NCBI GenBank assembly: GCA_963665325.3
Contig: OZ224045.1
Coordinates: 2,048,001 to 2,112,000, forward strand
From: Alphaproteobacteria bacterium
GTDB lineage: Bacteria > Pseudomonadota > Alphaproteobacteria > Bin95
Reading direction: 5' to 3'
DNA length: 64,000 nucleotides
Of this stretch, positions 1 through 7,890 are shown in pieces. Numbering within the stretch: the stretch's first letter is position 1; the number at the start of each line of letters is the position of its first letter. A program made the position numbers and the translations under genes. The notes beneath the pieces are model-generated. The model ran no database searches. It had not been told where the DNA came from and was given only the letters and a program-made list of their open reading frames with translations.

Positions 1-1894
1 GCGCTTCGGCGGGCGTGATGCCTTGCGCGTGGACCAGGATGTCCTCGGCATCTGCGCGCTGGCGGCGGATCTGGGTTACGAGTGTGCTGCCGATCTCGTT
101 GCGCAGCAGTCTCAATCCGGGTCCGGCGCCGATGGGTTGCTGCTGCCTGGTATCGCCGGACCAGATGATGCTGGCGCCGGTCTTCTCGGCTATTTCGAGG
201 AGCTGCGCGGTATGCTCGACCTGCAATTGGCCGGCCTCGTCGACGATGATGAGGGACTTCTTGTCGAGATCGAGTTTCTGTTGCTTGTACATGTTGAGGA
301 GCTTCATCACGCACCAGGCCTGGATATGCGCAGCCGCCCCGAGCTCTTTGGCATTCCGCCAGGCCTGGGCCGTTCCGTAGACGGTCCAGCCCGCCTTCCG
401 GTAGATATCGGCGATAGGAATGAGGGTGGTGGTCTTGCCGGAACCGGCGGCACCTTCGATGATGAGGTTGCGTTTGCCGGCGGTCGCGGCGCGGACCGCA
501 TTTGCCTGCTCGGCGCTGAGAGGCTCCCCCTTTTCGGTCATCGTTTCGAGATGCTGGTCGGCGATCTCGGAGGTGATGGGTTCCGCGGGCTGGACGGCAA
601 GCGACTGACCGAGGTGTCCGATATCGCGCTCCCGGTCGAGATGCGCCTTGGTGGTGAAGACGCGCGTCTGGGCCATGTTGGCCTTGACGTTGGGTCCTTC
701 GCCCCAACGGTCGAGTTCGAGCACGTCTGAGCGTTCGATGACCTGCGACGCCATGGCTTCGACCTGCTCGGGCGCCAGCATGCCGGGCATGATGTGGGCG
801 ATCCGCTGCATGAGGTTGGTGAAGTGCCAGACGGCTTCATTTTCCGTGAGGTGCTTCGGGATTTCGTTCAGGAGCCTGTGGACTTCAGCCCTGTCCTCCT
901 CGGTTATGCTGTGCGGCGGCATGCTGTCGAGGACAGCCTGAACGTCCTCGACGAACTGAGCGCGGTCGAGGGACCAGAGGAGATGGCGGCCGTCCGGATC
1001 GAGGCTGTGGTCCTTGCTGGATCGCGTAGCCTTGTTGATTCGTTGCGCGCCCGTAGGATTATCCGAGGTTGAAAATCCCTGGGCTCTTGCCGCTCTGACG
1101 ATCTGATTGCGTCGGGTGGACCAGTGTTCCTGGAGGTCCTGCGGAACGCCGCGTATCCGGAAGAATTGGCCGTCGCGGCCGTGTCGTTCGACGGCGAGGC
1201 CGAGGCGCTGGGTGATGTTCCAGGCGAGGGCCAAGCGGTAGATGGATCCGGCAGTCCTGTACCACTCGTAGAGCGGGTATGCATACAATGACCGCCACTT
1301 TCCGTCGTCGGCGAGAGCGGCGTTGAAGACGATGCAGTGGGTGTGGAGTTGCGGTTCGTTCTCGCGGGACGACTGGTGTTGGAACGTGGCCGCGAGGAAT
1401 TTGGCTCGCATCGCTTCGAGTGTTCCGTCCTCGCCCCGGCGCCGGGTCCATCCGCAGTGTTTGCTGACGATGAGGTCGAGGGCCGACCGGACGGCGTCGT
1501 CGTGGGCGCGCGCGAGTTCGCGGTGCAGGCGGTCGTCTTCTCCATGCGCCATGGCCCAGAGGGTGGAGACCGATTTGTCGGCGGAGAAGGTGAGATCGTA
1601 GGCGGCAACGCGGGTATCGCTGCCGGAGTTGCGGGTGAGCTTGGCCTCTTCTCCGAGATCGTTCGGGTCATCGGGGTTGAAAGGCGCGTATCCCTTGTGG
1701 AGCCGATAGAAGGCGTTTGCGTCTACGCGCCTGCCGTCCTCCAGGCCGAACAGTCCGTGCGGGTTGTACCAGACGCCGTCGGGCTCCTCGCCGGCGAGAT
1801 AGTACTCGCCTGCCGGCCGGTGCGAGGCCTGCGATTCGATGTAGTAGTCGGCGGCATCTTTGGCGCTGGAGACTTTTGCGAGAGTGCCTACCAC
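1..1894 (-). CDS. MOB-F (TrwC/TraI-type) conjugative relaxase-helicase, 5' part; runs off the window start
   Basis: Manual translation from GTG at 1894: VVGTLAKVSSAKDAADYYIESQASHRPAGEYY (two Tyr pairs), YDLTFSADKSVS, FQHQSSRENEPQLHTHC (His triad), then helicase motifs IIEGAAGSGKTT, LIIVDEAGQ, SGDTRQQQPI. Absent from the ORF track because the stop lies outside the window. Confidence 0.92.
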   Translation of the reverse strand, partial: MVGTLAKVSSAKDAADYYIESQASHRPAGEYYLAGEEPDGVWYNPHGLFGLEDGRRVDANAFYRLHKGYAPFNPDDPNDLGEEAKLTRNSGSDTRVAAYDLTFSADKSVSTLWAMAHGEDDRLHRELARAHDDAVRSALDLIVSKHCGWTRRRGEDGTLEAMRAKFLAATFQHQSSRENEPQLHTHCIVFNAALADDGKWRSLYAYPLYEWYRTAGSIYRLALAWNITQRLGLAVERHGRDGQFFRIRGVPQDLQEHWSTRRNQIVRAARAQGFSTSDNPTGAQRINKATRSSKDHSLDPDGRHLLWSLDRAQFVEDVQAVLDSMPPHSITEEDRAEVHRLLNEIPKHLTENEAVWHFTNLMQRIAHIMPGMLAPEQVEAMASQVIERSDVLELDRWGEGPNVKANMAQTRVFTTKAHLDRERDIGHLGQSLAVQPAEPITSEIADQHLETMTEKGEPLSAEQANAVRAATAGKRNLIIEGAAGSGKTTTLIPIADIYRKAGWTVYGTAQAWRNAKELGAAAHIQAWCVMKLLNMYKQQKLDLDKKSLIIVDEAGQLQVEHTAQLLEIAEKTGASIIWSGDTRQQQPIGAGPGLRLLRNEIGSTLVTQIRRQRADAEDILVHAQGITPAEA

Positions 1895-3177
1895 GATGTG
1901 TCGGGCTCGCTCTGTGTGCGGTGCACTTCGCCCGGTGGAACGGATCGCTTGCGACTTGTCGGTGGTTTGATGAACGGACCGCTTGTGGGTCCTCGCGCCG
2001 GGCCGGCTGGTCTCGATCGGTATTGATCGAGATCCGCGCGTTCATCGGTCGGCAGGAGTTCGCACGAAAGCGCGAGCGCGGTGGAAGGCGTTAAGAGCCC
2101 GCATGACCAGTCCGCGGTGGCCTGGATCATGGTCTTGATGCGTCTGGCCGGTCGCTCGTCGGACAATGCCGGACGGAAAGCCGACAGCCGTTTCCGCAAG
2201 CTGTCGAGGAGAGACTGTGTGTCCGGAACTTCCTGGAACGGCGCGAAGGTCTGGCGGAAAGCGGGGAGGTTGCCGACGATGGGGACGGCCTGCAGTTCCC
2301 ACAGGATGTCGTTGAAGTGCGGATCCGATGAGAACAGTCTGGTGGGGCCTGTTCTGGTCGCGATTGCCCGCTTCAGGGCGGCGGGATTTCGAGGTTCAGA
2401 CGTGGTTCGTCTGGCTGCGTTGTTGATCGTTCGAGTGCGCGTGGACCAGAGGTCAAGCAGCTCTTTCGGTATGCCCGGCAGACGATATTGCCGGTCGTCG
2501 GGACCGTAACGTTCGATCGCGAGGCCGACATCCCGGGTAAGATTCCAGGCAAGAGCATTGCGGTAGATCGAGCCGGCGGTCTTGTGCCAGCGGTACAGAT
2601 GATGGCGGGCATCGAGGGTGCGGAAGTACCCGTCGTCGGCCTGGCACAGGTTGAAGATGACGCAATGGGTGCGGAGGTGCGGATCGCCGGAACGCGAGGT
2701 GATGCGCTCGAATGTTGCTGCGATGGGTCTGCCGACGATGCTCTTGTGGGAACCGTCGCTGGATCTGGAGCGTGTCCACGAGCAGAACTCGAGGAAGATG
2801 AGGTCAAGCGCCGCGAGGACTGCGCGATGGTGCGCTGAGGCCATGCTTTCGCGCTGAGCTTCGGAGGACAGCGCCCAGACTGCGGAGACGGTCTTGTCGG
2901 GCGCGAAGCACATGTCGAATGCGGCAATCTGGTTCCGGGAGGTGCGTCGCCGGAGGGGTTGGGGAGAGTGGTGTTCGGACCAGGGTGCATGACCTTGGAA
3001 CAGGTTCCGGAAGGCGCGGGAGCCAACTCGCGCACCGTGTTCGAGCCCGAAGATGCCGTATGGGTTCCACCATGACCCCAGGGGTTTGTGACCCGCAGCC
3101 CGAGCGGTGTTCTGCTGGCCGAGATAGTTGTCGGCGTGGGGCGCGGAGAGCGGCAGTTTCGCGAGCGTGGCTACCAT
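1888..3177 (-). CDS. TrwC-type relaxase-domain-only paralogue with degenerate active site
   Basis: MVATLAKL...WWNPYGIFGLEHG...FDMCFAPDKTVSAVWA...FERITSRSGDPHLRTHC aligns with the downstream relaxase. It has no helicase domain, and its stop overlaps the relaxase start region. Confidence 0.8.
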   Translation of the reverse strand: MVATLAKLPLSAPHADNYLGQQNTARAAGHKPLGSWWNPYGIFGLEHGARVGSRAFRNLFQGHAPWSEHHSPQPLRRRTSRNQIAAFDMCFAPDKTVSAVWALSSEAQRESMASAHHRAVLAALDLIFLEFCSWTRSRSSDGSHKSIVGRPIAATFERITSRSGDPHLRTHCVIFNLCQADDGYFRTLDARHHLYRWHKTAGSIYRNALAWNLTRDVGLAIERYGPDDRQYRLPGIPKELLDLWSTRTRTINNAARRTTSEPRNPAALKRAIATRTGPTRLFSSDPHFNDILWELQAVPIVGNLPAFRQTFAPFQEVPDTQSLLDSLRKRLSAFRPALSDERPARRIKTMIQATADWSCGLLTPSTALALSCELLPTDERADLDQYRSRPAGPARGPTSGPFIKPPTSRKRSVPPGEVHRTQSEPDTSW

Positions 3178-3187
3178 GGCCGTCGTC

Positions 3188-3391
3188 TCATGGGTCGACC
3201 TTGCGGGCGTGGTGATCGACGCAGAAGGCGCGGATGGCCTGCTGGATCGCGTAGCTTCTTGAGATACCGAGTTCACGAGCGGTGATCCTGAGGGACCGCA
3301 GTTCGTCGTCGGTGAGATAGACCTTCTGGGTTTTCCTGGGAGCCGAAGTGGGTCCGCATTTCCGGATCTGGGTTTTGCGAGGTGGTTTCAC
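3188..3391 (-). CDS. Ribbon-helix-helix relaxosome accessory protein (MobC/TrwA-like)
   Basis: QKVYLTDDELRSLRITARELGISRSYAIQQAI fits the RHH pattern; the gene lies directly upstream of the relaxase genes. Confidence 0.7.
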   Translation of the reverse strand: MKPPRKTQIRKCGPTSAPRKTQKVYLTDDELRSLRITARELGISRSYAIQQAIRAFCVDHHARKVDP

Positions 3392-3620
3392 GGACTGCCG
3401 ACTTCATGGTCAAAAAAATGAAACGGGCCCATTTCATTTGAAAGAATTTGGAGGAAAAAAATTCGAGGGAATAAGGTGTTACTTGGCGTGAAACGCTTCG
3501 AATCACATCCATGTATAAGGGTGTGACAGCCAGAATGCTTGTTATCGGGACGTATCATGGGGGTGTTCGCTATCGGATGAGGTGGTGGGAGGCATGATGA
3601 TGGAGGATGGAGAGGGGAGC
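3392..3620. promoter_or_regulatory. Candidate oriT / divergent promoter region
   Basis: AT-rich intergenic stretch next to RHH and relaxase genes; near-perfect palindrome AAATGAAA-C-GGGCCC-A-TTTCATTT (3416-3439); GGGTGT motifs at ~3519-3524 and ~3561-3566 resemble the F-type nic sequence. Confidence 0.5.
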
Positions 3621-3705
3621 AAGGGGTTGCGAACTGGAATCCGTAGGGAGATATAGAAGGTCGATGAAGCAGGACTCTGATGAGAGGAATCGAGGGAGAA
3701 ATCAA

Positions 3706-4002
3706 ATGGTGAAAAATGCCAACAAAGGTCGTCGTAACAGGAGAAGAGCGGTTCAAGAGGCAGGTATCGACTTCGAAGGGATTGTCGACGACCTTGGGAA
3801 GGAAAAGCCCAAGACGATCATGGTGAGTGAGGCGTTGGAGCGTCTGGTAGCGGCACTTTCGGAGGGGCATGGTCGGGGGTTGATGGTCGGACAGATTGCA
3901 GAGATTTGTCGTCGACGGGGCCTCGATGTCGATGAGGAGGAAGTGCAGGAGACGTTGGCAAATGCGGCGGCGGGGGAGACAGGGGAGAGGCGCACGGGGT
4001 AG
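3706..4002 (+). CDS. Small oriT-adjacent hypothetical protein (possible TraK/StbA-like DNA-binding protein)
   Basis: GGGAG RBS before ATG 3706; HTH-like segment LMVGQIAEICRRRGLDV; divergent from the relaxase operon. Confidence 0.5.
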   Translation: MVKNANKGRRNRRRAVQEAGIDFEGIVDDLGKEKPKTIMVSEALERLVAALSEGHGRGLMVGQIAEICRRRGLDVDEEEVQETLANAAAGETGERRTG

Positions 4003-4106
4003 GGGTGACAGGAGCGGGGTATCGATCTGAGAGGGGGAGAAACAAAGTAGTAAAGATCCCACATTCGGTGCGAAACGTACGGCGAAGTATGACCGGTGCG
4101 CGGAGC

Positions 4107-4140
4107 AAAAAAAGGGCCGGCGCTGAAACACGCCGGCCCT
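4107..4140 (-). terminator. Rho-independent terminator
   Basis: AGGGCCGGCG/CGCCGGCCCT stem with an A7 tract (U-tract on the minus strand). Confidence 0.7.
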
Positions 4141-4180
4141 TGGTGTTAGATGAAACGCGGATGGGCGTCCGCGAGTAGGA

Positions 4181-4726
4181 TCACGCGGCAAGCCTCTCGT
4201 AGAGGAAACGAGGATTGGAGTTCACGTGTTCGACCACGCGGGGGAGCAGCTCCGAAGCGGAGGTGACCTGGAACCGGGCGCACGGGTCGGTCATGATGAG
4301 GACGGAATAGAGCGGTCCGTCCGGGGCGCCTTGGTCCGCGAAGGTGGCGATCTCGCCGATGATACGGCCGCCGCGGTGGATGTGGGTCAGCGCCGGCGAG
4401 TAGCGGTGGAAACAGATGCCGGTCTCGGACGAACAGCCGGGGCAAGAATGGCTGGTCTCGGCGCGCGGAGGCAGCGCGAGGGGGCCGGATTCCTCGCGGG
4501 AGCCGTCCTCGTTGAAGCGGACGGTGAGGAGGAGCTCACCCGCGGGGCGGCCGTCGGGGGACGCCCGATATATGTGGTTGACCTCGCCGGGCGCGGGGTA
4601 CTCGGCGTAGCTGTAGAGGATGTCCTCATACGCCCAGAAGAGGGTGTCATAGCGGCTGGAACCGGACCGGGCGGGCCTGGTTTCGGTAGCCGGGCTTGTG
4701 TAGGCGAGGATGTACGAACCGGACAT
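4181..4726 (-). CDS. Hypothetical protein
   Basis: GGAGG RBS before MSGSYILAY; composition looks coding; followed by a terminator. Confidence 0.55.
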   Translation of the reverse strand: MSGSYILAYTSPATETRPARSGSSRYDTLFWAYEDILYSYAEYPAPGEVNHIYRASPDGRPAGELLLTVRFNEDGSREESGPLALPPRAETSHSCPGCSSETGICFHRYSPALTHIHRGGRIIGEIATFADQGAPDGPLYSVLIMTDPCARFQVTSASELLPRVVEHVNSNPRFLYERLAA

Positions 4727-4788
4727 GGGAACCTCCCAGGGTTGAGTTGCCAAAGCGGAGCTTTGCTGTTCTTTCGAGACGAAGGGGC

Positions 4789-4980
4789 TCACCGGCGCGG
4801 TGTCGCGAGGAGCGTGCCGAGGGCGCCGAAGACGGTCGGGGCAGCGATCGCAAGGAGAGCGAGCGCGATGTGAATCCGGTCCGAGAGGACGTGCGGTTCG
4901 AGCAGGAACGTGGCCACGACCGCGTAGGGGATGCCGAGGATGGCGAGGAGGAAAAAGAAACGATTGGCGCAGGCGGTCAT
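4789..4980 (-). CDS. Small two-TM membrane protein
   Basis: 63 aa with two hydrophobic stretches. Confidence 0.45.
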   Translation of the reverse strand: MTACANRFFFLLAILGIPYAVVATFLLEPHVLSDRIHIALALLAIAAPTVFGALGTLLATPRR

Positions 4981-5064
4981 GGTGGTGATTCCCCGGAGGT
5001 TGATTCACCCGAAAGCGGCTTTCCTGAAACTCCGGTGAGGCGAACGGGACCGGGGATTGGGGGC

Positions 5065-5097
5065 AAAAAAAGGGCCGCCGCGGTAAAGCGGCGGCCC
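5065..5097 (-). terminator. Rho-independent terminator after ssb copy 1
   Basis: GGGCCGCCGC/GCGGCGGCCC stem plus A7. Confidence 0.75.
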
Positions 5098-5132
5098 GAG
5101 TGGGGAGGGAGGAACGAGTGGGTAGACGGCGA

Positions 5133-5567
5133 TCAGAAGGGAACGGGATCGCTGTCGTTGAGGCCGGTGGGCTCGGGCGCCGGGGCCGGTTGGGCCGCGG
5201 GCTGCGGAGCGTCGCCGGGCTTGTCGAGGAAGGACACCTGGCTGCCCGGGATGACCATGATCTCGGTGGCGAAGCGGTCGGTCTGCTCGCCTTCCTTGCG
5301 CCAGCGCCGGGTCTTGAGCGTGCCCTCGACGAAGACGAGCCGGCCCTTGCGACCGTGCTTCTCGAACATGGTGACGAGGCCCTGCTGGAAGGTGACGACC
5401 TGGTGCCACTCCTGGGAGTCGACGCGCTCGCCCGACTGCTTCGAGACGTAGCTCTCGTCGGTGGCGACGCGCAGCTTGGCGATCTTGGTGCCGTTGGTGA
5501 GGGTGACGATTTCGGCGTCAGCGCCGAGGCGCCCGATGAGTTCGACGCGGTTCAATCCGAAAGCCAT
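5133..5567 (-). CDS. ssb: Single-stranded DNA-binding protein (copy 1)
   Basis: LNRVELIGRLGADAE...EWHQVV...KGRLVFVEGTLKTRRW; acidic C-terminal tip DSDPVPF. Confidence 0.95.
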   Translation of the reverse strand: MAFGLNRVELIGRLGADAEIVTLTNGTKIAKLRVATDESYVSKQSGERVDSQEWHQVVTFQQGLVTMFEKHGRKGRLVFVEGTLKTRRWRKEGEQTDRFATEIMVIPGSQVSFLDKPGDAPQPAAQPAPAPEPTGLNDSDPVPF

Positions 5568-5661
5568 GATGGCCTCCTCTGTTTGACGATGGCTGAAAGT
5601 GAACCGAGCGACCGGATCGTCCGACCCGATCATCGTTCAGTTCGAAAAAGCGCAAGCTTCC

Positions 5662-5788
5662 CTAAAACTTGAAACCGCGCGTGACGGCAAGAGAGGTAGT
5701 AGCCGGTGAGTTGGAGGCGGGGCAGCTGGGCGACGGAAGAGGCGGTAGTGGGTCGGCACGGGTGAGCATGGAGATCACCGTTCCGAGG
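5662..5788 (-). pseudogene. 3' fragment of a small membrane-protein gene interrupted by transposon copy 1
   Basis: Removing the element and one CGAGG copy gives a continuous frame ...SIGLAIYLGTVISMLTRADP...GFKF*. Confidence 0.5.
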
Positions 5789-5872
5789 TGAGTGTGCTCT
5801 CGGTATCTGATGGCGGGATGGTCACGTTGTTCGATGGTTTTCAGGCGTCGGGCCGGGCGTGACGGCGGGGGT

Positions 5873-5995
5873 GTCGGACGGCCGTCGGCGCGTCAAGCCG
5901 CTTCGCGGCTCCTGCGCTGCGCTCCGGCCCTTCGGGTGACCCGCCGCCGTCCCTCCGACGGAGTGCATCCATGGCCGTAAGCAAGCTTCCGGCCA
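5873..5995. other. Multi-stem hairpin structure in the transposon's distal non-coding end (present in all three copies)
   Basis: 23-bp imperfect IR (5873-5895 / 5937-5959) encloses AGCCGC-TTC-GCGGCT and CCC-TTCG-GG hairpins; a further hairpin TGGCCG.AAGC/GCTT.CGGCCA at 5972-5995. Confidence 0.6.
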
Positions 5996-6034
5996 CGGGC
6001 CGGCCGCTTTACGCAGTGTGACAATGGGAGCGGT

Positions 6035-6095
6035 GTTACCCGTTACCGTTACCCTCTCTCCCTAGGGGTTCGAGGCGGTAACGGTTTTCGGTAAC
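6035..6095. repeat. Iteron-like GTTACC x3 / GGTAAC x2 inverted array at the 3' end of the helicase gene
   Basis: GTTACC at 6035, 6042 and 6048; GGTAAC at 6077 and 6090, facing each other across the stop codon. Confidence 0.75.
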
Positions 6096-7060
6096 GTGTC
6101 CCTGCGGTCGTTGCCGTTGAGGGCGGCGAGGCGGTATCCGCCTTCGGATGCGCGCTCGACGCGTCCTTCGCGGACGAGCCTGTGCAGCGCCTCGGCGACG
6201 GTTGCGGGCCGGGTTGCCGCGCGCTCGCGGATCCGGCGCTGGGAGAGCGGCGCGTCGGCGTCGGCGAGGGCCTGCAGGATGCGCCGTTCGGGGGTATCCG
6301 GCTCCGGCGCCTGGTCTTCCGGCGTCTCGCGCAACCGCAGGGCGGGGCGCTCGTCGTCGTCGGCGAGTTCGATCTCGAGGTCTTCGAGGCCAGGGGCGTC
6401 GCGATGCTCGACGGTCATGAGGATCTGGCGGTCTCGCCGGCGCAGGTACAGATTCGAATCGCCCCAGGCGTGAAGTTCGCTGCTGCCGCGCAGCGCCTGC
6501 CCGGGCCGGGAGCCGCCGCTCTTTCGTGCGTGATGGACGAGGAGGACGGCGGTTTCGAAGCGGCGCTGTATGTCGCGCAGGAAGCCCAGCATGGGGGCGA
6601 CCTCGGCGACGGTATTTTCGTCGACGCCGTGCAGGCGCACGAGGGGGTCGAGGACGACGAGGCGGGGTGAGACGCGCTCCACCGTCTCGACCAGGCGCTG
6701 GCGATCGGCGCGATGGTCGAGACGCAGCGTGGGCACGTCGATGACGGCGATGTCGAGGGTCTCGAACGCGGTGCCTGCCGCCTTTGCGATGCCCTGGAGG
6801 CGTGCGCGCACGATATGGCCGGCGTCCTCGGCGGCGAACAGCAGCACGGGGCCGCTTGCGGCGGGACGGAAGTGGCGCAGGCAGGGGACGCCGGCGGCGA
6901 CCGCGACGGCGATGTCGAGTGCGAGGAAGGATTTGCCGCACTTGGGCTCGCCGCCGACGATGCCGACGCCCTGCTCGGACCACAACGCCTCGACCATCCA
7001 GCGGCGCGCCTGGGGGCGCTCTTCGAGCTCCGCCGGCGCCCGTGTCGGGAAGCCCTTCAC
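6062..7060 (-). CDS. AAA_25 / RepA-like (RecA-fold) helicase with C-terminal wHTH (transposon orf4)
   Basis: GTG start overlaps the upstream stop (GTGA); Walker A GGEPKCGKS, FAAED, Walker B LVVLDP, LLVHHARK, LRGSSELHAW; C-terminal LSQRRIRE...TVAEALHRLVREGRV. Confidence 0.88.
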   Translation of the reverse strand: MKGFPTRAPAELEERPQARRWMVEALWSEQGVGIVGGEPKCGKSFLALDIAVAVAAGVPCLRHFRPAASGPVLLFAAEDAGHIVRARLQGIAKAAGTAFETLDIAVIDVPTLRLDHRADRQRLVETVERVSPRLVVLDPLVRLHGVDENTVAEVAPMLGFLRDIQRRFETAVLLVHHARKSGGSRPGQALRGSSELHAWGDSNLYLRRRDRQILMTVEHRDAPGLEDLEIELADDDERPALRLRETPEDQAPEPDTPERRILQALADADAPLSQRRIRERAATRPATVAEALHRLVREGRVERASEGGYRLAALNGNDRRDTLPKTVTASNP

Positions 7061-7890
7061 CGCCGCGCCCTCCTCGGCTTGGCGGGTTCGCCCAGGGTCT
7101 CGATGAAGAGCTTCTCGTCGAGGACCTCGCGCTCCTTCTCGGCGGCGGCGGCGAGCAGGGCGTCGGCCATGACGGTGAGCGCCCGCGGGTTGCCGTCGGC
7201 ATGGGCGACCAGGGTGTCCTTGAGGCCCGCGGTCATGAGGCCGGGATTGCCGGCCTGCTCGATCAGATGGTCGAGCAGGGCCGCGAGGTCGCCGGCCTCG
7301 GCCTTGGTCATGACCAGGCGCTGGCGGATGCGCGAGGCGATGGGCTGCAGATCGGGCTGGCGGAGCTTGTCGAGCAGGCGCGTGTCGCCGGCGAGGACGA
7401 CCGAGAGGATGGCGCGCGAGTCGAAGTCGGTCGAAGCCAGCAGGCGGATCTCGGAGAACACCGAGGGCAGCAGCTCCTGGGCCTCGTCGACGAGCACGAC
7501 GGGGCGCATGCGGGTATCGTCGACATGGGCGAGCCAGCGCTCGCGCAGGCTTTTGAAGCTGGCCCAGCGGTTGTTGTACATCAGGTCGACGCCGAACATC
7601 TCGCCGATCTCGCGGTAGAAGTCGGACAGCCGGGAGGAGGGATGGGTGATGGCGGCGATGCTGAGCCCCTCGCAGCGGCCGAGACGGTCGGCGAGCAGGC
7701 GCAACGCCACACTCTTTCCGGCGCCGGGCTCGCCGGCGATCAAGGCGAAGCCGCCCTGGCGCACCAGGTGGCGCTCGATCCTGAGGCAGAAGCTGTCGAC
7801 GGCAGGCGTCGCCATGAGACTGTCGACCGGCAGGTCGGTGGCGAAGGGGTTCCACTTGAGCCCGTAGAAGGTGAGCAGTTCCCGGTTCAT
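7057..7890 (-). CDS. ExeA/TniB/TnsC-like AAA+ ATPase (transposon orf3)
   Basis: YGLKWNPF N-terminus, Walker A GEPGAGKS, Walker B VVLVDEAQ, sensor GNPR; ATGA overlap with the transposase. Confidence 0.9.
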   Translation of the reverse strand: MNRELLTFYGLKWNPFATDLPVDSLMATPAVDSFCLRIERHLVRQGGFALIAGEPGAGKSVALRLLADRLGRCEGLSIAAITHPSSRLSDFYREIGEMFGVDLMYNNRWASFKSLRERWLAHVDDTRMRPVVLVDEAQELLPSVFSEIRLLASTDFDSRAILSVVLAGDTRLLDKLRQPDLQPIASRIRQRLVMTKAEAGDLAALLDHLIEQAGNPGLMTAGLKDTLVAHADGNPRALTVMADALLAAAAEKEREVLDEKLFIETLGEPAKPRRARR

